A stretch of DNA of 64,000 nt, taken from NCBI GenBank assembly GCA_031409335.1, contig JANNWY010000325.1:1-64000 (forward strand). The letters are read 5' to 3'. The notes under the pieces were generated by a model that was not told where the DNA came from, did not search any database, and saw nothing but the letters and a program-made list of their open reading frames with translations. Of the stretch, positions 35,546 to 45,750 are shown piece by piece; the stretch's first letter is position 1, and each line of letters opens with the position of its first letter. Source of the DNA: Chthoniobacteraceae bacterium. GTDB taxonomy: Bacteria > Verrucomicrobiota > Verrucomicrobiia > Chthoniobacterales > Chthoniobacteraceae. The translations under genes and the position numbers were made by a program.

Positions 35546-36196
35546 CTATTGCGCCACCGGCTCCGACCACAACCGGCGATAAAGCGCGCCGAGCGCAACG
35601 CCAACCGCGAGAAAGGGAATCAGGAGCATCGACGCGGGCCAAAGTGCGCCGGCAATCATTTTCGTTTCAGCGGACCATGTGCTGATGCAGCGAGAGCGAT
35701 CCGGCTGGAAAACCCGGTCGCTCAGCTCGCAGAGTCGGTGCAACGCGGAAAACACGGCGCGTCCGAGCAGCGCGTGGACCACCGGATACAAAACCGCGAC
35801 CGCAACCAATGCAGCTTGCAGCCATCCACCCAGCATCGAATAGCTCACCGCGGCCGGGCCAGTGTAGTCACCGAACATTCCATTGAAAACCTGCGGAGGA
35901 AGACTGTTCTCCGCGCGGTATTGGGTGAAGGCCATCGAACTCGCAGTCACAAATGCGAACAGGGTGGCGGCGACGGTGATTCCGACGGAAACCAGGATCG
36001 TCTTGGGATTGGCGGCAGTGGTCATTTCAGATGGATCGCTGATGAGAAAATACTTGGTCTGTGAGCTGGTATCTTGAGACCGCTTGAACTGAAGCGTTAG
36101 CGGCGTTTCCTTGGTGCGCGCGATGCGGGAGAATCGGGAGCGTTTTGGAGGATTTGCCGGCGGGACCGGAGCGGGACGTTCTGGCATTTGACTCAT
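35546..36196 (-). CDS. Hypothetical membrane protein
   Basis: Three hydrophobic segments; start uncertain. Confidence 0.55.
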   Translation of the reverse strand: MSQMPERPAPVPPANPPKRSRFSRIARTKETPLTLQFKRSQDTSSQTKYFLISDPSEMTTAANPKTILVSVGITVAATLFAFVTASSMAFTQYRAENSLPPQVFNGMFGDYTGPAAVSYSMLGGWLQAALVAVAVLYPVVHALLGRAVFSALHRLCELSDRVFQPDRSRCISTWSAETKMIAGALWPASMLLIPFLAVGVALGALYRRLWSEPVAQ

Positions 36197-36323
36197 GATG
36201 TTTTGGCGATGGAACTATCCACAATTATCAGCAGCTCATATACCCGCCACGCGCGCAATTTTCAGGATGATGCAGTGCGACCTGTCGATTGACGACATGA
36301 AGTGCGTCGGCGACGATGCCGCA

Positions 36324-39300
36324 ATGAATCGCCACCCCGGATCGCTTCTGCTCGCCATCCTGCTTGTCGTCCAGGCATTTGCGTCTGCGCAAACGCCCCG
36401 CGACACGACCGTGGAGATCACCGCCACCGTCCAGGAATCGCCGCCGCAGATCGCGCTGAATTGGCTGCCGACGACATTTCCGATCACGCTTCAGAAAGTG
36501 TTCCGCAAAGCGACGGGCGCTTCCACTTGGACGGACATAGCGACTCTGGCCAACAGCGCGACCGCTCACGTCGATACGGGAGTCGCGATGGGTATCTCTT
36601 ACGAATACTTTGTTCTACGCATCTTCAACACCACCGACCCTGGTTCCGCATCCGGCTACGTCAATGCCGGCATTCGCGTGCCGCTGGTCAACTCCCGTGG
36701 CCGGGTCCTGTTACTCGTCGATACTACCATCGCAGGGGCGCTGGCAACGGAGCTGGATACCTTCGTGAGTGATCTGATCGGTGACGGTTGGGTAGTATCC
36801 CGGCAGAATGTCCCGCGAAATGGAACATCTGTGGCAACCAAGGCGATCGTCCAAACGCTTTACAACGAAAGCCCTGCCATCACTCGCAGCCTCATTCTAT
36901 TTGGGCACGTTCCGGTTCCGTACTCGGGTGACTTGAATCCCGATGGTCATCCCGATCATCGCGGCGCGTGGCCGGCAGATAGCTACTACGCCGATCTCGA
37001 TGGCGTGTGGACCGATACCGATGTGAATAACGTCGGCGCGAATCGGCCGGAAAATCAAAATGTACCTGGGGACGGAAAATTTGACCAAAGCGGCCTGCCC
37101 AGCAATGTGGAACTGGAAGTCGGCCGCATCGACCTCGCTAACCTGTTCTCTGCCTCGCCGACACCGAACGAGGTGGATCTACTCCGCCAATATCTCAATC
37201 GCGATCATGCGTTTCGCTTCAAGAGTGGGAACTACGCCAATGTGCCGCGACGCGGGTTGATAGCTGATAACTTTGCCTACTTCGGCGGAGAAGCCTTTGC
37301 CGCGTCCGGCTGGAGAAACTTCACCGCATTCTTTGGCTCTGAACCAGGTGCCGTCGTCCAGAATGTGTGGTTTCCCACGCTGGAGAACGGCAGTTACCTG
37401 TGCGCGTATGGGTGCGGCCCCGGAAACTACTATGGCGCTGCCGGAGTAGCAGGCACGATCGACTTTTCCACGAAGGACTGCCGCTCCGTCTTCAATTTGT
37501 TGTTTGGCAGCTACTTTGGCGATTGGGATGTGGGTGACAGCTTTCTTCGCGCGCCGCTCGCCGGGCGTCCGAACTCGCTTGGCCTGGTCAGCGCGTGGGC
37601 TGGCCGCCCGCACTGGCACCTTTATCACATGGCTTTGGGCGAAACCGTCGGTTACTCCGCGCGCACGACGATGAATAACGTCGGCTTCTCTTCCGGCGGC
37701 TACGTTCTGAATGCTGCCGGGCACGGCGTCCACATCGCATTGATGGGAGATCCCACGCTTCGGCTGCACCCTGTTTTGCCGCCTGCTGGCCTGACGATCG
37801 ATTCCAATCCCGGCCTGCCATCGCTCTCGTGGGCGGCTTCGACCGACACCAACATTGAAGGCTATGGCATCCTGCGCGCGACCTCGGCAGCCGGGCCATT
37901 CAGTCCGGTGAGTGGCTCTTTGGTCACTGGCACCGCTTTTGTCGATCGTTCCGGAACTCCGGGACAAACCTATCACTACCAAGTGCGGACTGTGAAGCTG
38001 GAGACCAGCGCGAGCGGAACCTATCTCAACTCCAGCCAGGGCATCTTCGGCATGGGTAGTTTCCTGGGTCCGGTGAGTCGCGAAATACAGATGACCGGGA
38101 ATGGACTTCCAATTCCCAACGGTGATCCCGCTCCCAGTGCGAACACTGGCACCGATTTCGGCAGCGCGGAGGCGACAGTCGGGTCCGTCTTCCGAACATT
38201 TGCAATCTCGAACGAGGGAACTGGATCGCTGTCGCTCCTTGGATCTCCGGCCGTCCAGATTAGCGGACCGGGAACCGGGGATTTTTTCATCGTGCTTCAA
38301 CCTGCGAGCACGATTGGCGGAGCGTCCGGCGTTACTTTTCAAGTCCGATTCTCGCCAACGGCGACCGGGCGGCGATCGGCAACGGTGAGCATCGCGAGCG
38401 ATGATGCTGACGAGGCTTCGTATCAGTTCGCGATTGAGGGAACGGGACTTCCACTGAGTCCCGAAATCGCAGTCTCACCCGCACTGATCGCCGGGACCGT
38501 CGCTCCGAACGGTGCGATGAGTGCGCCGATTTCGGTGGGCAACTCCGGAGCGGGTGCGCTGCATCACACAGTGACAACGTCGCAAGCGGGATACACTTTT
38601 CGAGACTCCAATTCCTTTGGCGGGCCGGGCTATGCGTGGATTGAGATCAGTGCCACGGGTAGCGAGGTGACGGCATTCAGCAATCCTGACGATGGCATGA
38701 GCGCTGATCTGCCGATTGGCTTTAGCTTTCCGTTTTACGGAAACAACTTCAGTTCGCTGAGGGTCTGCACGAATGCGTTCATTAGCTTTGGAAACGCCGT
38801 GCCGCTCTACTTCGGCACGACTTTCCCGAGCATTGAGGCATCGGGGAATATTGTCGCGGCGTTTTGGAACGATCTGGTCCTTGATGCAAGCGGTCATGTC
38901 TATTCTCAGCAGATTGGTGATTTGTTTGTAGTTCAGTTTGAGAACATTCTCCGGTTTGGCACGACCTCGGAACGGGTGACGTGCCAGATCGTGCTGCGGC
39001 AGACGGGAGAGATATTCCTCCAATACAAGCAAGTGCCGGCAGGATTTACCGACTATAGCGTCGGAATCCAGGATGGGTTGCGGTCGCAAGGGTTGCAAGT
39101 GGCTTACCACACTGCGTTCGCGCAAGCAGGGCTCGCTGTGCGGATCGTTCCGCCGGGATACGATTCATGGCTTGCGTCGAACCCTTCGGCTGGCACGGTG
39201 GCTTCACTTGGCTCGCAGGTTGTGAATGCCCTCATCAACGCCAATGGGTTGCCTTCAGGCCGCTATTTTGCGCAGCTTCACGTGAATTCGGATGACGCGG

Positions 39301-40127
39301 ACGAGGCGCGAGTTTCGATTCCGGTGGAGTTGACGGTTTCGGGACCGGAAGTGGAGCCGTTGGGAAATGGGTTGCGGATCGCTTCCGGCGACGTGACGCC
39401 AATGGTGGTGGACGGGACTAGCTTTGGCATGGTTGCCATCGCGGGTGGTTCGGTTGCGCGGACGTTCACCATTCGTAATTCGGGTGCCGATCCGCTGACG
39501 CTTGGTTCGGTCGGCGTCACTGGCGCGGGATTTTCAGTGACGGCGCAGCCAGCGAGTTCAGTGGCGGCGTCGGGAATGACCAGTTTTGTGGTTACCTTTG
39601 CGCCGACGGTGGCGGGTGCGGTGGCGGGAACGGTTGGTTTCGCCACGAATGATGCGGACGAAGCCAGCTACAGCTTCGCGGTAAGCGGGCTCGCACTTTC
39701 CCCGATCGAGAGTTGGCGGCTGACCCATTTCAACACGATAGGCAATGCTGGCAGCGGGGCGGACCTTGCGGACCCGGATGGCGATGGGTTGCTGAACCTC
39801 GCTGAGTATGGCTTTACGCTGGACCCAATTGTTCCCACCACATCGGCTGGCGCGACGGGGCGTGTCAATGGGAGCGGCTATCTGGAGATACAGTTCGCGC
39901 GAAACACGGGTCGCACGGACTTGACTTATACGGTCGAGGCTTCGTCGAACCTTGGGTCGTGGGTTCCGATCGCCAGCAGCACGATGGGTGCGGCGACGGT
40001 GGGTGCGGGTGCGCATTCGGTGGTCGAGTCCGGCGCGGGCGCGGTAAGGACAGTGACGGTCGAGGATTCACAGGCTGCGCTCGCGGGAAGCCCGCGATTC
40101 CTTCGGGTGAAAATGGTGCGAAACTGA
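36324..40127 (+). CDS. Large secreted protein: C25-like N-terminal domain, Fn3, choice-of-anchor D/ASH Ig-like domains
   Basis: Signal peptide; LFGHVP, EVGRID, LMGDPTLR; repeated TDFG..RTFxIxN..FxP..SDDADE; DPDGDGLLNLAEY tail. Confidence 0.8.
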   Translation: MNRHPGSLLLAILLVVQAFASAQTPRDTTVEITATVQESPPQIALNWLPTTFPITLQKVFRKATGASTWTDIATLANSATAHVDTGVAMGISYEYFVLRIFNTTDPGSASGYVNAGIRVPLVNSRGRVLLLVDTTIAGALATELDTFVSDLIGDGWVVSRQNVPRNGTSVATKAIVQTLYNESPAITRSLILFGHVPVPYSGDLNPDGHPDHRGAWPADSYYADLDGVWTDTDVNNVGANRPENQNVPGDGKFDQSGLPSNVELEVGRIDLANLFSASPTPNEVDLLRQYLNRDHAFRFKSGNYANVPRRGLIADNFAYFGGEAFAASGWRNFTAFFGSEPGAVVQNVWFPTLENGSYLCAYGCGPGNYYGAAGVAGTIDFSTKDCRSVFNLLFGSYFGDWDVGDSFLRAPLAGRPNSLGLVSAWAGRPHWHLYHMALGETVGYSARTTMNNVGFSSGGYVLNAAGHGVHIALMGDPTLRLHPVLPPAGLTIDSNPGLPSLSWAASTDTNIEGYGILRATSAAGPFSPVSGSLVTGTAFVDRSGTPGQTYHYQVRTVKLETSASGTYLNSSQGIFGMGSFLGPVSREIQMTGNGLPIPNGDPAPSANTGTDFGSAEATVGSVFRTFAISNEGTGSLSLLGSPAVQISGPGTGDFFIVLQPASTIGGASGVTFQVRFSPTATGRRSATVSIASDDADEASYQFAIEGTGLPLSPEIAVSPALIAGTVAPNGAMSAPISVGNSGAGALHHTVTTSQAGYTFRDSNSFGGPGYAWIEISATGSEVTAFSNPDDGMSADLPIGFSFPFYGNNFSSLRVCTNAFISFGNAVPLYFGTTFPSIEASGNIVAAFWNDLVLDASGHVYSQQIGDLFVVQFENILRFGTTSERVTCQIVLRQTGEIFLQYKQVPAGFTDYSVGIQDGLRSQGLQVAYHTAFAQAGLAVRIVPPGYDSWLASNPSAGTVASLGSQVVNALINANGLPSGRYFAQLHVNSDDADEARVSIPVELTVSGPEVEPLGNGLRIASGDVTPMVVDGTSFGMVAIAGGSVARTFTIRNSGADPLTLGSVGVTGAGFSVTAQPASSVAASGMTSFVVTFAPTVAGAVAGTVGFATNDADEASYSFAVSGLALSPIESWRLTHFNTIGNAGSGADLADPDGDGLLNLAEYGFTLDPIVPTTSAGATGRVNGSGYLEIQFARNTGRTDLTYTVEASSNLGSWVPIASSTMGAATVGAGAHSVVESGAGAVRTVTVEDSQAALAGSPRFLRVKMVRN

Positions 40128-40192
40128 CGGACGCGGGAGTTGGCGGTGGACATCGGTGGAAAGGAGGCGACCTTCCGCCACCCATCCCCCGC

Positions 40193-43100
40193 ATGTATAA
40201 AACCGCCCCGTTATTCTTAGTGGCCGCGCTCGTCTGTAGGCAGGCGTTGTCGCAGGTCATCCTCAATGAAATTCACTACCATCCGGTCGAGTTGCCGGCG
40301 TTCGATTCGAGTGGAAATCCGGTTTTCCAGGGGACTGCGACAGTGGCGAACTTCACGGAGGAGCAGCATGAGTTTGTCGAGATTCGCAATGCCGGAGCGA
40401 GCGCGGTGGACATCAGCGGGTGGAAAATCTCGGGTGGCATCGACTTCACGTTTCCCGCGAGCACGAGCATCGCGGCAGGCGGATACAAGGTGATCGCGAA
40501 AAACCCGGCGCGAGTGCAGACGGTGTATTCCATCGCAGGCGTGCTCGGGCCGTGGGTCGGCACTTTGAAAAATGGCGGCGAGACGGTGCGGCTGCTTGAT
40601 GCGGCGACGGCGACGGTGGACACGGTGAACTACGACCGTGAATTCCCGTGGCCGAATTCACCGGATGCACTCGGCGCGGGGGATGACTTCACGCTGCTGA
40701 ATTCCGCGACCTATCAATACAAGGGCCGCTCGCTCCAGCGCGTGAGCGCGACGACTCCGACGAACGATCCCGCGAACTGGCTTGGCTCGCCGCTTTCCGG
40801 CCCGACGCCCGGCGCGGCGAATGCGGTGACGCGCGCGGTGCCGAAGCCGCTCGCGCTCGCTTTTAGCGCGGTGCAGCTCAGCGACGACTCGGCAACGATC
40901 CGCGCGACGCAGCAGGTGCGCATTGGAATTACGATGTCGTCGCTTGCGTCGCTGATGAATATGCAGGTCGAGTATTTCATCGACGCGATCGACGGCGCGA
41001 CGGCGTACTCGGAGACGCGATCGACGGTCGTGATGACGGCGCTGGGAAATAACCAATTCACCGCGACGCTGCCCGGCCAGGCGGATCGCAGCGTGGTGCG
41101 CTGGCGCGTGAAAGCGGATCGCGGCGATGGCGTGGAGCAGGTCTTCCCGCGGACGGACGACGCGGCGATCGTGCCGGTCGGCGCGACGACGCGCGAAGTG
41201 TGGGCGTCGTATTTCGTGCAGCCGGTGCGCACGACGACGAAGACGGCGATCTACGATGTCTTCGTGTCGAGCAGCGATGCGACGAATGCTGCGTTCAACG
41301 GGCTCAACGGACTCGCGGCGATGAACTACAACATCTCCGGCAACCCAAAGCGCGTGACGAATTCCGCGAACACTGGCCTGCCGCGCGCGGAGCCGCATGT
41401 GCCTGCGACGGCGCAGCTTTGGAACGGCAGCGTGCCGTGCATTTTCGTCCAGGATGGCGTGGTGCGCGACGCACACCTGCGCTACCACGGCAGCCGTTAC
41501 AATCGCAATGCGAGCCGCAATTCCTTCAAGCTGCGCTTTGCCGACACGCAGCTCATCGGCGGCGCGGACAGCTTCTTCATAACAGATAAAAGCGACTACT
41601 TCAGCGTGAGCCAGGGGCTCTATATCAACGCGAATTTGCCGATGTCGGAGATCGCGTGGGTGGACTGGTATCTCAATGGCAACACGGTGCTGACGCGGCT
41701 GCAACAAGGCGAATACAACGGCGATCTGCTCGACAAATATCACGAGCGCATTTCCGACCTGACTCCCGGCGTGCCGAAGGAAGCGGCGGGTGAATTTTAC
41801 AAAAGCACTGGCACGATCGAGGACGCGGGCGAAGGCCCGTACGGCCATGGCAGCGAACGCAAGCTGCTCGCGGCGGGCGGATGGACGGCGCTCCAGCGTC
41901 ACGAGTGGACTTATGCGCTGCAGAGCCATGCGTGGAAGGGGGCGAAGCCGGTGAAGGATTTGATTGATGGCCTGTGGACGGCGCGCGGCGACACGCACAC
42001 CGCGCCGAATCCGAACATCGCGAATCTGCGCGCGTATCTCGACACGCAACTCGACCTGCCCAGCGTGCTCGATGCGCTCGCGCTCGGAAACTGGATGTGC
42101 CCGTGGGATGACACGACGCAGAATCATTTTCTGTGGAAACGCGCGAGCGGGCGCTGGAGCCATGTGCTGTGGGACTTTGACGCGATGTTTGGAAATGGCG
42201 ACACGACTGGCACGAATTCGTGGATTTACCTCGGCGAAAATGGCACGCCGCCCGGCGGCATCCTCGGCAACAATTTCCGCGGGCCGAACTGGTTCAAGGA
42301 CTCGATCTTCAAAGCCTACCGCACGGAGTACAACAACCGCCTCTGGATCCTGAACAACACATATCTCACCCCGGCGAATCTCCAGACCCTCTTTTACCGG
42401 AACCAAAACGGGACGTTGACGAGCTACTACAGCTTCATCAATGGCGTGAAGGCGAATTTCTGCGAGCTGCGTTTCGCGAGCGTGAACACGCAGACCGGCC
42501 ATGCGGCGGATGGCAGCGATTTTTTCCGCCCGGTAAAACCGACGGCGACTTCACCGACGGGCGCGGCCACGACGCTGCCGCCCGCATCGCTCGTCGCGAG
42601 CGCCTACGCGCACACGAGCGGCAGCACGGCGGGCGCAAACGCGCACGCGAAATCGAAATGGGAAATCCGCCGCGCGACGGGCGATTACTTTTCGCCGGTC
42701 GTCGTCGTCACCAGCGCGACGAGCCTCACTTCGTTCGCGATTCCTTTCAGCGAGCTGACCTTCGGCGAGCAGTATTTTTGGCGCGTGACTTACCTCGACG
42801 GCGCGGATCATCCGTCGCTCACGTCGGATGAAGTTTCATTTTCCTTCGGCCCGCCACCGACAGCGACGACGCTCATCAATTTCGCGGACACCTGGAAATA
42901 CAACAACGCCATCCAGCCCGCCGACGCCTCGTGGGCCGCGACGGCTTTCGACGACACCGCGTGGCCCGGCGGCCAGGGTACGCTCGCTTTTGAAACCCAG
43001 GCGCAAATCCCAGAGACCATCCGCACCGTGCTCACCGCGCCCGCGACACTCACGCCCGCGGGCCGCGCGTATTATTTCCGCGCGCATTTCAACTGCCCCG

Positions 43101-45607
43101 TCGCGCCCGCCGCGCTCGCGAATCTCCGCATCCGCCACCTCATCGACGACGGCTGCGTGATCTACATCAACGGCACGCGCATCGCCCGCCACTTCATGCT
43201 CGACGCCGCGAACTACACGCACGCGCAGCTTTCCAGCGGCAACACCACCGACGGCACCTATCAATTCGCCGACGCACCCACGCTGCCGCCCGCGAATGCG
43301 TGGTCCTACCTCGATCCGCGACCTTTCATGGTGCAAGGCGATAACGTGATTGCTGTCGAAGTGCATCAAGGCACGAACGGCAGCACCGACATCGTGATGG
43401 GCCTCGAAATGACCGCGATCGTCCCCGCGACCGGCGGCCAGGTCGTCATCAACGAAGTCAGCGCGAATCCGGCGGCGAGCGCGGATTGGATCGAGTTGAA
43501 AAACATCACCGCCAGCGCGGTGGACATCTCCGGCTGGGGTCTGACCGACGACATCCTGAATACCACGCGCTACGTTTTCCCCGCCGCCACGAGCATCCCG
43601 GCGGGCGGCTACCTCATCCTGTATTGCGATGGGAAGCAGCCTGCGAGTTCCACGAACACGGGCTTCGGACTCGACAGCGGCGGGCAGCGGCTCGTGGTCA
43701 CGAGCGGCGGCGCGATCAAGGATTTCGTCGCGTTCGGCGCCCAAGCGCGCGCTTACACGATCGGGCGCACCCCGGATGGCACGGGCGCATTCACGCTGTG
43801 TACACCGACGCTCGGCGCGGTGAATATTGCCGTCGTCGCGCTTGGCACCACCGCCGGCCTGCGCATCAACGAATGGATGGCCGCGCCCGCGCATGGCGAC
43901 GATTGGTTTGAAATCCACAACGGCGACGCGCTGCCCGTCGCGCTCGCCGGGCTCTGGCTCAGCGACACACTCGCCACGCCGAAGATCACGCAAATTCCGC
44001 CACTCAGTTACATCGCGGAAAAGGGCTTCGCCGATTTTATCGCCGACGGCAGCAACGACGGGAATAACCACGCCAATTTCAAACTCAGCGGCAGCGGCGA
44101 CAACCTGCTGCTCACCGGCACCACCGGCGGCACGGTGCTCGACGCGCTCGCGATCGTGAGCGGCGGCGCGAACGTCTCGCGCGGACGCCTGCCCGACGGT
44201 GCGGCGACGATTGTGAACTTCCCGCTCACCGCGTCCCGCGCGCAGAGCAACTGGCTGGAAAGTGCCGTCGTCATCAACGAAATCCGCGTCAACTCGTCGG
44301 ACTCCCGCGACTTCATCGAGGTCCGCAACAGCAGCGCGGGCAGCGTGGACATCAGCGGCTGGTGGCTCTCCGACGAACGCTACGACCGGCATAAATATCA
44401 GTTCCCCATCGGCACCATCCTCACAGCAGGCGGCTATCTGGCCGTCCACCAGAATATCTTCGGCCAGGGACCGCTCCCGTTTGGATTCAGCGCCTTCGGC
44501 GAGTCCGCTTTCCTCACGCAAAACGACGGACTCGGCGGCGAGACTGGCTACCGCTCGCAAGTCAGCTTCGGCGTCGCCTTCGGCACCGAATCATTTGCCC
44601 GCGTGCTCACCGGCAGTCCAGCCGGGTCGTGGAAACCGGAGTTCTGGCCGACGGTCAGCATCACCGAAGGCACAGCGAACAGCGCCCCGCTTGTCACGCC
44701 CGTCATCATCAACGAAATCAGCTACCACCCGCCGGACTTCGCCGGACCTTTGGATAATGCACGCGACGAATTCGTCGAGCTGCACAACCCGACCAACAGT
44801 GCCGTCGATCTCAGCGGCTGGAAACTCAAAGGCGCGAGCGACTTCATTTTCCCGAATGGCAGCACGCTCCGCGCAGGCGACTACCTCGTCGTCGTTGGCT
44901 TCAATCCCGCCACCGACACCGCCTCGCTGAACGCCTTCCGCCTCGCGACCGGCATGACGGCAGGCGTCCCGGTCTTCGGCCCATTCGCCCCGAAGCTCGT
45001 GAACGACGAAGGCGACGTGGAGATTGCAAGACCCACGACGTTCCCGGCCGGCTATTTCGTGAACGTCGATAAAGTCAGCTACGCCGACTTCGCCCCGTGG
45101 CCCGCGAACGCCGACGGCTCCCGCCCGTCGCTCCAGCGCGAAAGCCGCACGGTCATCGGCAACGACCCATCGAACTGGTTCGCACTCGCGCCCACGCCCG
45201 GCGCAAAAAACACGAATCAATCCGCGATCCTCGACAACGACGGCGACGGAATGAGCAACGCCTACGAAGATGCCAACGGCCTCGACAAATTTGTGAACGA
45301 CGCCGCGCTCGACCGCGACGGCGACGGTCGCACGAACCTCGCAGAATTCATCGCCGGCACCGATCCACAAAATCCGGTGAGCTACCTCAGCGCCACCATC
45401 ACCAAAATCGCGGGCGGCTTCCGCATCCAATTCACCGCGCAAGCCAGCAAAGGCTACACGATCCAATACCGTGACAGCCTCACCACTGGCACATGGCTGC
45501 GCCTCACCGACATCGCCGCGCCTGGCAGCACGCAAGTCGTGACATTCGACGACCTCACCGCCCTCTCGCAACGCTTCTACCGCATCGTCACGCCGACCGT
45601 GCCGTGA
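40193..45607 (+). CDS. Secreted lamin-tail-domain / CotH kinase family protein
   Basis: Several INEIxY..EFVE..VDISGW lamin-tail repeats; CotH-like RYHGS..SFKLRF..NHFLW..WDFD. Confidence 0.85.
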   Translation: MYKTAPLFLVAALVCRQALSQVILNEIHYHPVELPAFDSSGNPVFQGTATVANFTEEQHEFVEIRNAGASAVDISGWKISGGIDFTFPASTSIAAGGYKVIAKNPARVQTVYSIAGVLGPWVGTLKNGGETVRLLDAATATVDTVNYDREFPWPNSPDALGAGDDFTLLNSATYQYKGRSLQRVSATTPTNDPANWLGSPLSGPTPGAANAVTRAVPKPLALAFSAVQLSDDSATIRATQQVRIGITMSSLASLMNMQVEYFIDAIDGATAYSETRSTVVMTALGNNQFTATLPGQADRSVVRWRVKADRGDGVEQVFPRTDDAAIVPVGATTREVWASYFVQPVRTTTKTAIYDVFVSSSDATNAAFNGLNGLAAMNYNISGNPKRVTNSANTGLPRAEPHVPATAQLWNGSVPCIFVQDGVVRDAHLRYHGSRYNRNASRNSFKLRFADTQLIGGADSFFITDKSDYFSVSQGLYINANLPMSEIAWVDWYLNGNTVLTRLQQGEYNGDLLDKYHERISDLTPGVPKEAAGEFYKSTGTIEDAGEGPYGHGSERKLLAAGGWTALQRHEWTYALQSHAWKGAKPVKDLIDGLWTARGDTHTAPNPNIANLRAYLDTQLDLPSVLDALALGNWMCPWDDTTQNHFLWKRASGRWSHVLWDFDAMFGNGDTTGTNSWIYLGENGTPPGGILGNNFRGPNWFKDSIFKAYRTEYNNRLWILNNTYLTPANLQTLFYRNQNGTLTSYYSFINGVKANFCELRFASVNTQTGHAADGSDFFRPVKPTATSPTGAATTLPPASLVASAYAHTSGSTAGANAHAKSKWEIRRATGDYFSPVVVVTSATSLTSFAIPFSELTFGEQYFWRVTYLDGADHPSLTSDEVSFSFGPPPTATTLINFADTWKYNNAIQPADASWAATAFDDTAWPGGQGTLAFETQAQIPETIRTVLTAPATLTPAGRAYYFRAHFNCPVAPAALANLRIRHLIDDGCVIYINGTRIARHFMLDAANYTHAQLSSGNTTDGTYQFADAPTLPPANAWSYLDPRPFMVQGDNVIAVEVHQGTNGSTDIVMGLEMTAIVPATGGQVVINEVSANPAASADWIELKNITASAVDISGWGLTDDILNTTRYVFPAATSIPAGGYLILYCDGKQPASSTNTGFGLDSGGQRLVVTSGGAIKDFVAFGAQARAYTIGRTPDGTGAFTLCTPTLGAVNIAVVALGTTAGLRINEWMAAPAHGDDWFEIHNGDALPVALAGLWLSDTLATPKITQIPPLSYIAEKGFADFIADGSNDGNNHANFKLSGSGDNLLLTGTTGGTVLDALAIVSGGANVSRGRLPDGAATIVNFPLTASRAQSNWLESAVVINEIRVNSSDSRDFIEVRNSSAGSVDISGWWLSDERYDRHKYQFPIGTILTAGGYLAVHQNIFGQGPLPFGFSAFGESAFLTQNDGLGGETGYRSQVSFGVAFGTESFARVLTGSPAGSWKPEFWPTVSITEGTANSAPLVTPVIINEISYHPPDFAGPLDNARDEFVELHNPTNSAVDLSGWKLKGASDFIFPNGSTLRAGDYLVVVGFNPATDTASLNAFRLATGMTAGVPVFGPFAPKLVNDEGDVEIARPTTFPAGYFVNVDKVSYADFAPWPANADGSRPSLQRESRTVIGNDPSNWFALAPTPGAKNTNQSAILDNDGDGMSNAYEDANGLDKFVNDAALDRDGDGRTNLAEFIAGTDPQNPVSYLSATITKIAGGFRIQFTAQASKGYTIQYRDSLTTGTWLRLTDIAAPGSTQVVTFDDLTALSQRFYRIVTPTVP

Positions 45608-45750
45608 CCTCGATGTGAAAAAAGGAATGGCCCGCCGCTCGGTGGCGTCGCTCGTGACCCAAACACCGTCGCGCCTTTCGGGAGAGGATTTCGCGACGTG
45701 ATGATTGTCAAACCGTCGCGTGCCGTGTTTATTTCTTCGTCCCCAAATTT

